A stretch of 23,195 nt of DNA from Octopus sinensis (GCF_006345805.1 NW_021836702.1:1-23195), one strand, 5' to 3'; positions 1-9,017 are shown, counted from the first letter of the stretch. Numbers and translations: made by a program. Notes: generated from the letters alone by a model not told the origin.

Positions 1-54
1 CTTTTTGCTTTTTGAGCCAAAAATTAACTTAACTTAACTTAAATTAACTTAAGC

Positions 55-337
55 ATGGCCAACTGGAATTGTGCATATTGCCCAACCGTCTTATTCTTGA
101 TCTATCCCACAGGTTTCTTGCTGGTTAGTTCAGCTTTAAGAACTTATCTTGGGATTCTTTCCTGCGACATTCTAATCACATGTCTATAGTACTGAAGATG
201 TGACCTCACAATGCAGAGAAATAGCAGTTCAACCTAGAGAGCCTCCTACATCTTAGAGTTACACAACCAGTTGAATAACATTATTCCAAAGACTCTTTGG
301 AAAAAACCCATTTCAGTTGTTTGTATTCTACTCTACA
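55..337 (-). mobile_element. Degenerate RTE-clade (Rex3/Expander-like) LINE, C-terminal ORF fragment
   Basis: Minus-strand translation with stops: SRIQTTEMGFFQRVFGIMLFNWLCNSKM*EAL*VELLFLCIVRSHLQYYRHVIRMSQERIPR*VLKAELTSKKPVG, matching the RTE C-terminal pattern SRIQAAEM.FLRR...VEPLLL.IERSQLRW.GH..RM...R.P. Homologous to 985-1205. Confidence 0.7.
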
Positions 338-371
338 CCATCCAGCCTTTTTACCTCTTACTATTCATGGG

Positions 372-870
372 GTGGAGGCGCGTGGCTTAGAGGTTAGGGT
401 GCAAGCATCATGATCGTAAGATTGTGGTTTCGATTCCTGGACCGAGCGACACGTGGTGTTCTTGAGCAAGACTCTTCATTTCACGTTGCTCCAGTTTCCT
501 CAGCTGACAAAACGCTGCGATGGACTGGCATCTGGTCTAACTGGGGAACACATACGCCATTGAAACTGGGCCCATGAGCCTGGCTAGGCTTTAAAAGGGC
601 GCATGTTTTTGCAGAGGCGCATGGCTTAGTGGTTAGGGTGCCAGCATCATGATCGTAAGATTGTGGTTTCGATTCCTGGACCGAGCGACACGTTGTGTTC
701 TTGAGCAAGACACTTCATTTCACGTTGCTCCAGTCCACTCAGCTGGCAAAAATGAGTAACGCTGTGATGTATTGGCGTCCCGTCCAGCTGGGGAACACAT
801 ACACCATTGAAACTGGGAAACCGGGCCCATGAGCCTGGCTAGGCTTTAAAAGGGCGCATTTATTATTTAT
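372..870 (+). mobile_element. Head-to-tail dimer of a tRNA-derived SINE with CORE-like central segment
   Basis: Two units (about 374-604 and 613-870), each with A-box-like TGGCTTAG(A/T)GG, B-box-like GGTTTCGATTCC, central TTGAGCAAGAC.CTTCATTTCACGTTGCTCCAGT, ending GGCTTTAAAAGGGCGCAT. AT tail after unit 2. 14-bp direct repeat TTACTATTCATGGG at 358-371 and 871-884. Confidence 0.85.
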
Positions 871-1241
871 TTACTATTCATGGGAGCTTCCTGGGGGTAG
901 AGTCCCCAGATGCCTCCACTATAGGATCCTATCAGAAGCAAACGTTCTTATATTTTCTGGCTGGATACCTGAGCATGTCCAGCTTAGACTATGGATATCA
1001 CTGAGCTATCCTGTTCTTGGTCTACCCCAGAGGTTTCCTGCTGGTTAGCTTGGCTTCAAGAATCCAGAGTTGTGACCTCTAAATGCAGAGAAGTAGCAGC
1101 TCAACCTGAAGGGCCTCCCTGATCTTTGAACTACACAACTTGTTGAATAACATTCCTCCAGGAATCCTTTGGCGGAATCCCATTTCGGTCACTTATATTT
1201 GTGATAATACTTCTTCAGTCATTCCTTGACATTCATGACCA

Positions 1242-1267
1242 TCCATCCATCCATCCATACTTATGGA
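1242..1267 (-). repeat. 26-bp (ATGG)n-containing insert with 15-bp flanking duplication
   Basis: TGACATTCATGACCA at 1227-1241 and 1268-1282 flanks TCCATCCATCCATCCATACTTATGGA, inside the RTE relic at its GHEC motif. Confidence 0.6.
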
Positions 1268-1471
1268 TGACATTCATGACCACAAGTGAGAACAGACATG
1301 GAAACTGATCAGAAGAAATCAAATTTGGCATTTATACCAAATTCTCTTCTGAAGATCAAATGCTGGAGCTGGCATATTACTCTGCTGGTGCCTGCAATTC
1401 CAGCATCCAATCCATCCTCCAGTTTACCATGAATACAAGAATGCAAGTGGCCTTCAGTTCAGCTCACTGTA

Positions 1472-2443
1472 CCTATTTCTTTACTACCCACAAGGGGCTA
1501 AGCACAGAGAGGACAAACAAGGACAGACAAAGGGATTAAGTCGATTATATCGACCCCAGTGCACAACTAGTACTTAATTCATCGACCCTGAAAGGATGAA
1601 AGGCAAAGTCGGCCTCGGCGGAATTTGAACTCCGAACGTAACGACAGACGAAATACCTATTTCTTTACTACCCACAAGGGGCTAAACACAGAGAGGACAA
1701 ACCAGGACAGACAAACGGATTAAGTCATTTATATAGACTCCAGTGTATAACTGGTACTTAATTTATTGACCCCGAAAGGATGAAAGGCAAAAGTCGACCT
1801 CGGCGGAATTTGAACTCAGAACGTAGCGGCAGACGAAATACCTATTTCTTTACTACCCACAAGGGGCTAAACACAGAGAGGACAAACCAGGACAGACAAA
1901 CGGATTAAGTCATTTATATAGACTCCAGTGTATAACTGGTACTTAATTTATTGACCCCGAAAGGATGAAAGGCAAAAGTCGACCTCGGCGGAATTTGAAC
2001 TCAGAACGTAGCGGCAGACGAAATACCTATTTCTTTACTACCCACAAGGGGCTAAACACAGAGGGTACAAACAAGGACAGACAAACGGATTAAGTCGATT
2101 ATATCAACCCCAGTGCGTAACTTGTACTTAATTTATCGACCCCGAAAGGATGAAAGGCAAAGTCAACCTCAGTGGAATTTGAACTCAGAACGTAATAACA
2201 GAAGAAATACCTATTTCTTTACTGCCCACAAGGGTCTAAACACAGAGAGGACAAACAAGGACAGACAAAGGGATTAAGTCGATTATATCAAACCCAGTGC
2301 GTAACTGGTATTTAATTTATCGACCCTGAAAGGATGAAAGGCAAAGTCGACCTCGGCGGAATTTGAACTCAGAATGTAACGGCAGACGAAATACGGCTAC
2401 GCATTTCGCCCGGCGTGCTAACATTTCTGCCAGCTCACCACCT
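1472..2443 (-). mobile_element. Tandem array of five units of a tRNA-derived SINE (one full-length, four lacking the 5' ~48 nt)
   Basis: Unit starts CCTATTTCTTTACT at 1472, 1656, 1841, 2026, 2210 (period 184-185 bp). Only the rightmost unit has the complete head (minus strand GGTGAGCTGGCAGAAATGTTAG...GAGTTCAAATTC). Flanking GTTCA(G/A)CTCACTGTACCT at 1457-1474 and 2444-2461 (17/18). Confidence 0.9.
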
Positions 2444-2639
2444 GTTCAACTCACTGTACCTTCTGGCTTTTTTGCAAATGCACCTCTGCTGTTTAATGAA
2501 TGTTCTTTTGGTAAAGCTGTAAAAAACTGGGGGTCAAAATGGAGAGAAGCAGAAAAGACAGTCTAGAGTTGAGAACAGCGGAGATTAGTCATTGATGGCC
2601 TTACTGCTTCATAGGAAATGAAGGGCTCAGGTAAGTAGA

Positions 2640-2790
2640 TATAATGACCATAAAGAAAGAGACAAGTGAATAGTGCAAGGGCTTGTCTGGTGACCCGACC
2701 ATAACAACAACAATCAGTACAAACTTGAGATGGTCCGAGAAAAATCAGGCTATGGACCTCTTGTGGAACTTCACAATCCAGACAGATATA
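2640..2790 (+). mobile_element. Possible R4/Dong-clade (restriction-like endonuclease) non-LTR relic
   Basis: Frameshifted translation QYKLEMVRE / QAMDLLWNFTIQTD resembles the Y.H.PE.V.EN...ILWDF.IQTD motif preceding the RLE domain. Short and degenerate. Confidence 0.4.
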
Positions 2791-2978
2791 TCTGTCTTGT
2801 GTTTACGGAAGCAAGGTATGGTCTATAACATGAGGAATGAGAAAGTACTTGGAAAGCTGTGGAATGTAGTCCTCAAGGAGAATATTGAGGATAGCAGGGA
2901 CAGACAAAAGGGCTAATGAAGAAGTGATGACCCAGGCTGTGGTAAATAGGAAACTGCTTTGTGAAATAAGGACCGAAG

Positions 2979-3393
2979 GGATCTTTTCGGTTTGACCGGC
3001 AGTTTTTTTTAATAATTTCTACGTAACTAAACACTTTTAAACTTCGTATACTGGTAGAATGTGTTTATAAAACATCTTTTTCTCTTGGCTTTATTGAGAA
3101 AGTTCTATAGTTTGTAAGATATTTGTTGTTTTTTTTTCTTCAATTTCTGCAATTTCATCCAATCAATGACGACTATTGAGGTAAAAAAAACATTCTGTGC
3201 CGTATGAATATGTCCCTTGTTTAAGAAACAGATTGGGTTTATTTACATTTGTGAAGGAAAAAAGATACCCTTCCCCCCACCCCTAACCCTAAAACAGATT
3301 GAAATGCAATAGATCAATACTAGGGTCATAATTATGGGTGACAATTTTATATGACACCGCTAGAAAAAACTGCCGTTCAAACCGAAAAGTTCC
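2979..3393. mobile_element. MITE with ~30-bp TIRs and 8-bp TSD (Merlin-like by GG termini)
   Basis: Left GGATCTTTTCGGTTTGACCGGCAGTTTTTT; right end reverse-complements to GGAACTTTTCGGTTTGAACGGCAGTTTTTT (2 mismatches). Flanks GACCGAAG (2971-2978) and GACCAAAG (3394-3401). Non-coding interior. The superfamily call is inference from the GG termini plus 8-bp TSD. Confidence 0.8.
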
Positions 3394-3586
3394 GACCAAA
3401 GAACTGAGAAAGTTAGAAAGGAAAAGAAGTAGAGGAAAGAGAAGGATGACATGGTTGGGTAAGGGTCAGGGTTAGGGTTAGGTTGAAAGAAAGAGGCATT
3501 AAACATCAGGAAGCAGAGCTGTTAGAGAAAACGAAAAAGTGAGAATTGTAGCAGGACATGGTTGTTTGTGTTCTACATCCAAGACA

Positions 3587-4099
3587 TCTATATATATAAA
3601 ACTCTAGTTGTGTGAGTGTCTGTCCCCTTCGATTTAGATTCCTAACTCCTCCCACATTTTGCGGTGCAGTTTAACCAAATTCGAGTATCTTATAGTCGTG
3701 ATTCATATCGAGCCCGTCTGGCTATTTGCGCGAGTCTACGATGAGTCTACGATTTTAAAAATAATTTAACATCATTTTTTATTCCATTTTAATGCATAAT
3801 TTTTCATGTGTCGATGGCAGCGGAGTTGGCGTCCATGCTCACAGCTGCACCTGTTTGCTTCTCCCCCTTCTTCCCTCCCTCGTGAAGCTGTGGGGAAGGG
3901 AGTGTAAAGAAATCAACGTCGTAAAGCGTTGTCAAGGAGACCAGCGTTCTTTTAGAACAACGACTTCATGGCTTGAAGACACCAAAACAGAAATGGCTAA
4001 GAAAGCCCGAATTGGCATCTATAAGGGAAGTAACTCTCTAAAAATGCTTATACAGTTATTTCCCTTACAAACCCGAGCAACGCCGGGCGATACTGCTAG
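3587..4099 (+). mobile_element. Non-autonomous Helitron
   Basis: Starts TCTATATATATAAA, ends CTAG, with subterminal GC hairpin CCCGAGCAACGCCGGG (4072-4086). Inserted between A3586 and T4100 with no TSD. Removal restores RTE 3' sequence CAAGACA|TGACACATAA homologous to CAAGAAACGGCGCCTAA near 4852. Confidence 0.8.
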
Positions 4100-4169
4100 T
4101 GACACATAAAGAAGAAAAGGAAAAAGATATTATATTGAACAAAAGACATGACTGTGATTTAGACATTTG

Positions 4170-4885
4170 TGGTAAAATAGGAAGCTGCTTCTTGAAATAA
4201 AGGCCAAGCAACTGAGATTTCTTGGTCATGTGATGAGGGAAAAGGGCCTAGAGAATTTAGTGTTGACCAGAAAGATTGAAGATAAAAGAATCAGAGGAAG
4301 GAAAAAGATGATATGGAGGTCAAGTTTGATGAAATGGTTAGAAGAAAGAGGCATTAAACATCAGGCACAGGAGTGGCTGTTTGGTAAGTAGCTTGCTAAC
4401 CAACCACATGGTTCCGGGTTCAGTCCCACTGCGTGGCATCTTGGGCAAGTGTCTTCTGCTATAGCCCCGGGCCGACCAATGCCTTGTGAGTGGATTTGGT
4501 AGACGGAAACTGAAAGAAGCCTGTTGTATATATGTATATATATAATATGTATGTGTGTGTGGTGTGTTGTGTGTCTGTGTTTGTCCCCCTAGCATTCTTG
4601 ACAACCGATGCTGGTGTGTTACGTCCCCATCACTTAGCGGTTCGGCAAAAGAGACCCATAGAATAAGTACTGGGCTTACAAAGAATAAGTCCCGGGGTCG
4701 ATTTGCTCGACTAAAGGCGGTGCTCCAGCATGGCCGCAGTCAAATGACTGAAACAAGTAAAAAGAGAAAAAAAGAGTAAAGGTAGTGGAACTGTTACAGA
4801 AAACAAAAACCAGAGGATTGTGGCAGGACATGATTGCCTGTGTCCTACATTCAAGAAACGGCGCCTAAAAGGAAAGAAAAAGAAG
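4170..4885 (+). mobile_element. Second degenerate RTE LINE 3' fragment, interrupted by a SINE (4363-4780)
   Basis: Translation KAKQLR/FLGHVMREKGLENLVLTRKIEDKRIRGRKKMIWRSSLMKW, then GIKHQ | VVELLQKTK...LWQDMIACVLHSRNGA*. Confidence 0.7.
4363..4780 (+). mobile_element. tRNA-derived SINE with internal (TA)/(TG) microsatellite
   Basis: Head CAGGCACAGGAGTGGCTGTTTGG...GGGTTCAGTCCC, CTTGGGCAAGTGTCTT segment, body ending GACTGAAACAAGTAAAAAGAG. Other copies/fragments at 7963-8020, 8712-8950, 14400-14577, 15245-15475, 20620-20910. Confidence 0.85.
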
Positions 4886-4895
4886 ACTTCTGGTA

Positions 4896-5325
4896 CTTTA
4901 TTCAGGGACCTTTTCTAAGCAGGATGGACTACTAAACCTGAAGAATATTCTAACTGGGCCCCACCTGAAAAGCAAGGCATGGTCTATAACATGAGGAATG
5001 AGAAAGTACTTGGAAAGCTGTGGAATGTAGTTCTCGAGGAGAATACTGAGGATAGCAGGGACAGGCAAAAGGACTAATGAAGAAGTGATGACCCAGGCTG
5101 TGGTAAATAGGAAACTGCTTTGTGAAATAAGGACCGAAGGACTGTTTATCTTCATATGAGATCACCATGTTGCGCATATATGATTGTGATGCATGTACCG
5201 GGTGAACCCTTGTCAGACGGGTAGTCATGATGGGTATAGTGGGCTTCATATATTTATACCCCAGTGTGACTTTGAGGGTGTGTATGGCTCTCTCACTCAA
5301 TCATAATAGTAATAATAATAATAAT
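4896..5325 (+). mobile_element. (AAT)n-tailed unclassified repeat (family C), carrying a 170-bp foreign insert at 4970-5139
   Basis: Matches 10640-10875 and 11238-11475 (TTCAGGGACCTTTT...CCCCACCTG...CTGTTTATC...CTCTCTCACTCAAT-AAT tail). The insert duplicates 2809-2978. Confidence 0.75.
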
Positions 5326-5349
5326 TGGCAGAGGGAGAAGAAAATGAAG

Positions 5350-5812
5350 GTACAGGTGATAATGGCGATGGTGGTGGTGGTGGTGATGATGATGATGATG
5401 ATGATGATGACGTGAAGAAGATAGGTAAATGACAAGTTAGTTGAAAGAAGATGGTGATGAAAATAATGAGAGTAAGCTAATGACAGTGATGATGATGATG
5501 ATGATGACAACAATGGTGATGATGATGATATTGACGACGATGATGATGATGTGAAGAAGAAGGAGAAGAAAAAGAAGAGATGAAGGTAGAAGATAAAAGA
5601 AGGTGAAAGAAGATAAATGAGAAAATGTCACTGACGATGATGATGATGATGCTGATGAAAAGTATGGTATTGACGATGAGGTTGAGGATGACGACACTTA
5701 TGATGACGACAGTAGCGATGATGATGATGAAGTTGATGATGATGATGATGATGATGATGATTACAATTATGATGATGACAGGGGTGATGACAGTGATGAT
5801 GATGGTGCTGCT

Positions 5813-5843
<31 letters not shown>

Positions 5844-6505
5844 ATGATGTGATGAAGAAGAAGAGGAGATGATGGTTGAAGATAAAGGAGAGTAAAAGAA
5901 GATAAGATGAAGCCACTGATGATGATGATAACGATGATGATGATGATGAGATGCAAGGTGTGATGATAATGTCGATGACGACAATGTCAATGACGATGAT
6001 GACAGTGACGACACTGATGTTGACGACTACACCGATGGCAGCGACGATAATGTTGATGATGACGATGCTGACGATATTAACGAGAAGGATGAGGAAGGAA
6101 GATGAAGGAAGATGAAGATGACGACAGTAGCGATGATGATGATGATGACAGTGGTGATGACAGTGATGATGATGGTGTTGATGATGATGATGATGTGATG
6201 AAGAAGAAGAGGAGATGATGGTTGAAGATAAAGGAGAGTAAAAGAAGATAAGATGAAGCCACTGATGATGATGATGACGATGATGATGATGATGATGAGA
6301 TGCAAGGTGTGACGATAATGTCGATGACGACAATGTCAATGACGATGATGACAGTGACGACAATGTCAATGACGATGATGACAGTGACGACACTGATGTT
6401 GACGACTACACCGATGGCGGCGACGATGATGTTGATGATGATGACGATGCTGACGATAATAACGAGAAAGATGAGGAAGGAAGACGAAGGAAGATGAAGA
6501 TGGTG
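5350..6505. repeat. Compound (GAT/GAC/GAA)n low-complexity tract with an internal ~400-bp tandem duplication
   Basis: Block GACGACAGTAGCGATG...GAAGAAGAAGAGGAGATGATGGTTGAAGATAAAGGAGAGTAAAAG...GAAGGAAGATGAAGATG occurs at about 5705-6120 and again at about 6120-6502. Confidence 0.85.
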
Positions 6506-6985
6506 GAAATGATTGTAAAAGAGGAATAAAAAAAAAAAAAGAAAAAAACACGAGAAGGAGGATAACCAGAGCGATTTGCCAGAATTCTGCTTGATTGTAT
6601 AAAATCTGAGATAAAAAGAAAATATTTTTCTATTTTCTCTTTTATTCAATTTTATTTCATTTTTCACATGTATGATGGTTTGTTTTGTTTTTTTTTGGTA
6701 TTTATTTCTGTTTTGCTATTTTTTGTTTTGTTTTGTTTTACAGTTTCTTTTCTTTCTTTCTTTCGGTTTTTTTTTTTCAATTTTTTTTTTCAATTTCTAT
6801 CGATTTTGGAGGAGATACTTCTAAATACCTCATTGATTGATAGTTAGAAGGAGAGATTGATGGAAGAGAACGGTATGAAAGAGAAGAGGATGAGGAAGAG
6901 GAGATGGTGTGTAGTGGTGGTGGTGGTGGTGGTGGTGGTGGAAGGAAGAGGTAGGTTAACTGAGACTCACTAATGCTAGAACTGA

Positions 6986-7142
6986 CTAACAGACAGACAG
7001 ACAGACAGACAGACGCACACACACACACACACACACAACCAATATTGATAGGTTATTAAATAGACACTGATAGATTACACACACACATATATGTGTGCAC
7101 ATACACAGACACACATATATACATATATATATACATATGTAC

Positions 7143-7207
<65 letters not shown>

Positions 7208-7435
7208 TACACATGTACATATATATATACATACATATATACACATGTACATATATATTTGCATATATACATATATATAAATATATGTACATATACACAT
7301 ATACATACACATATACACACACACACACATACATATGCATATATGTACACTGATAGATACACAACTGAAATACACAGTTTGATAGAGAGGCACATAATGA
7401 TTGATGAAAACACACATACACACACAATATATAAA

Positions 7436-7467
<32 letters not shown>

Positions 7468-7610
7468 CATACATACATACATACATACATACATACATAC
7501 ATACATACATGCATACATACATATGGAAACATACAGTCATTGAACATGCACACACACACACATGCATGCATACACATATACACACACATATATAGGCATA
7601 TATGTAGTCT
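6986..7610. repeat. Compound (GACA)/(CA)/(TA)/(TACA) microsatellite
   Basis: Direct reading; source of the Y/I/C/V/H/T ORFs in the track. Confidence 0.95.
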
Positions 7611-8054
7611 GATGAATAGATATACATGCACACGAGTAGACAGATAGACAGAGAATCAAATGGATGTACACCAAGAAAAGTGAACAGGAAGGAGACGGAG
7701 ACACACATAAATTGGCAAGCAGGTATACAGGTAGGTGGTGGATGATGTGAGCAGATTATAATACACATAAGTCTAGATCACAGATGTTTGTGAGGAGTTG
7801 ATCAGAAGATGAGAGGCAATGCTCGTATGATCTGCAGTGTAAGGTTTCCACAGCATGCTCAGGTTGATATCGTTGAAGTCCAGCTTGGACACTTGGAGCT
7901 GGTCTGGATCATGCTACGCTTTGTGGAACTTAAATAAACAAAACATCTCAACAGTAGATGTTTGACCAAAGCCTTGTGAGTGGATTTGGTAGACGGAAAC
8001 TGAAAGAAGACCATCGCATATATGTGTATATATATATATGTTGATTCGCTAACC

Positions 8055-8240
8055 TCTGCACGCATTTTTTTTCTCTCCTTCTTTCTGTGTTTCTTCTCTG
8101 TGTATCTTTCTGTTGAAGAGCGTAGGCTCGAAACGTTAAAGATGTGTTTTATTTATATTTCCTGAGCACCATACTAATACAATTGTTTGTTTGTATTCCA
8201 CCTGCCTTCGTCTTTTGTTTATTTTCATAAAGCTTCCTGT
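8055..8240 (+). mobile_element. Penelope-like element terminus (copy 1)
   Basis: Near-duplicate of 16245-16428, contains GAAGAGCGTAGGCTCGAAACGT and abuts (TA)n. The Penelope assignment rests on the embedded minimal hammerhead-like motif, an established hallmark of PLE termini. Confidence 0.55.
8104..8143 (+). ncRNA. Minimal type-I hammerhead-ribozyme-like motif (variant core)
   Basis: Stem I ATCTTT(8104-8109)/AAAGAT(8138-8143); core CTGTTGA plus extra A; stem II GAGC-GTAG-GCTC; GAA; stem III A-CG-T (self-complementary ACGT); position 17 = T8137. Deviates from consensus at A6 (U). Confidence 0.55.
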
Positions 8241-8267
8241 TATATATATATATATATATATATATAT

Positions 8268-8400
8268 TAATCAGCCGAAATTGCGAAGATGATCCGGTTC
8301 TTGACTGAAGATTGAAGGCTTCGAATGTCCCGTCCGTGTTTTTTGTATCGTCTTCTAAATGTTTTGCGTTCCTGTCCCAGTTTGTATTTTTTACATATAC
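8268..8400. repeat. Unclassified interspersed repeat adjoining (TA)n
   Basis: The reverse complement of 8370-8395 (TACAAACTGGGACAGGAACGCAAAACAT) recurs at about 15091-15120 (TACAAAATGGGACAAGAACGCAAAACAT), also next to a (TA)n tract. Confidence 0.55.
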
Positions 8401-8454
8401 ATACATATATATATATATATATCTCCCACTGGTGCTCCCCTATATTTCTGCACC

Positions 8455-8710
8455 CCCACATAAAAAAAGCACCATCCGAACGTGGCCGATGCCAGACCCC
8501 TCTGGCACCTGTGCAGGTGGCACGTAAAAAACACCCACTACACTCGCGGAGTGGTTGGCGTTAGGAAGGGCATCCAGCTGTAGAAACACTGCCAGACTAG
8601 ACTGGAGCCTGGGGCAGTCCCGAGCTCCCCAGACCCCGGTCGAAACCGTCCAACCCGTGCTAGCGCGGAAAACGGACGTTAAACGATGATGATGATGATG
8701 ATGATGATGA
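8455..8710 (+). mobile_element. (GAT)n-tailed non-autonomous retroposon (family E), 5'-truncated
   Basis: Shared 3' block GGAGTGGTTGGCGTTAGGAAGGGCATCCAGC...CGTTAAACGATGATG; two GGCACGTAAAAA-type subunits. Confidence 0.8.
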
Positions 8711-8711
8711 T

Positions 8712-8950
8712 ATATGCGTGTGTGTGTTTGTGTGTCTGTGTTTGTCCCCCAAGCATTGCTTGACAACCGATGCTGGTGTGTTTATGGCCCCGTTACTCAG
8801 CGGTTCGGCAAAAGCGACCGATAGAATAAGTACTGGGCTTACAAAGGGAATAAGTCCCGGGGTCGAGTTGCTCGATTAAAGGTGGTGCTCCAGCATGGCC
8901 GTAGTCAAATGACTGAAACAAGTAAAAGAGAGTTAAAGAGTAAGAGTAAC
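8712..8950 (+). mobile_element. SINE 3' body (same family as 4363-4780)
   Basis: TTGTCCCC...GACAACCGATGCTGGTGTG...GACTGAAACAAGTAAAAGAG matches 4581-4770. Confidence 0.85.
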
Positions 8951-9017
8951 GTCGTTCATGCTCACGAGTATTACACATCATGTGGGCACTAATACTAATA
9001 TCGCTCTTCACCAATGG

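Larger units (their letters stand above)
338..1471 (-). mobile_element. Degenerate RTE-clade (Rex3/Expander-like) LINE 3' portion with short 3' UTR/GATGG end, interrupted by three insertions
   Basis: Minus-strand pieces in collinear order: GKLEDGLDAGIAGTSRVICQLQHLIFRREFGINAK, GHEC.GMTEEVLSQI*VTEMGFRQRIPG, KIREALQVELLLLCI, SGIQPENIRTFASDRIL*WRHLGTLPPG, then a UTR ending GGCTGGATGG at 338. Interrupted by the SINE dimer (372-870) and a 26-bp insert (1242-1267), and bounded by the SINE array (1472-2443); may continue to about 2560. Confidence 0.7.
2790..4125 (+). mobile_element. Degenerate RTE LINE 3' fragment interrupted by a MITE (2979-3393) and a Helitron (3587-4099)
   Basis: Pieces SVL.YGSKVWSIT*GMRKYLE.VEM*, RRILRIAGTDK...NEEVMTQAVVNRKLLCEIRT, KRSRGKRRMTW and a 3' end homologous to 4340-4370/4780-4880. 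Sequence resumes collinearly after each insertion. Confidence 0.7.

Noticed and set aside
374-450. tRNA gene calls at SINE heads (also 613, 4363, 18066, 19494, 21748)
   Set aside because: Each continues into a SINE body and tail, and acceptor/anticodon stems are not intact.
1472-2443. CRISPR-like or multi-tRNA array interpretation
   Set aside because: Units are contiguous 184-185-bp SINE copies with no unique spacers; the head has A/B boxes but I see no complete cloverleaf; eukaryotic context.
3792-4109. 105-aa ORF as a Helitron-captured gene
   Set aside because: No recognisable motif, runs past the Helitron end, no splice support.
6545-6605. Minus-strand acceptor (TTTTCTTTTTATCTCAG) as the next kinase exon
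   Set aside because: No frame gives kinase hinge/alphaD sequence and no convincing donor follows.
5301-6667. Poly-His, poly-Ser, poly-Ile and poly-Met ORFs
   Set aside because: Alternative frames of the (GAT/CAT)n tract; no domain, splice or start context.
7790-7930. Coding-looking segment (e.g. minus-strand PDQLQVSKLDFNDINLSMLWKPY)
   Set aside because: No homology I recognise and no splice sites; the plus strand weakly resembles a decayed RTE, too weak to annotate.
8295-8340. Another hammerhead (CTGAAGA...CTTCGAAT)
   Set aside because: GAAA is replaced by GAAT, stem II would have a 1-nt loop, and no stem I/III pairing was found.
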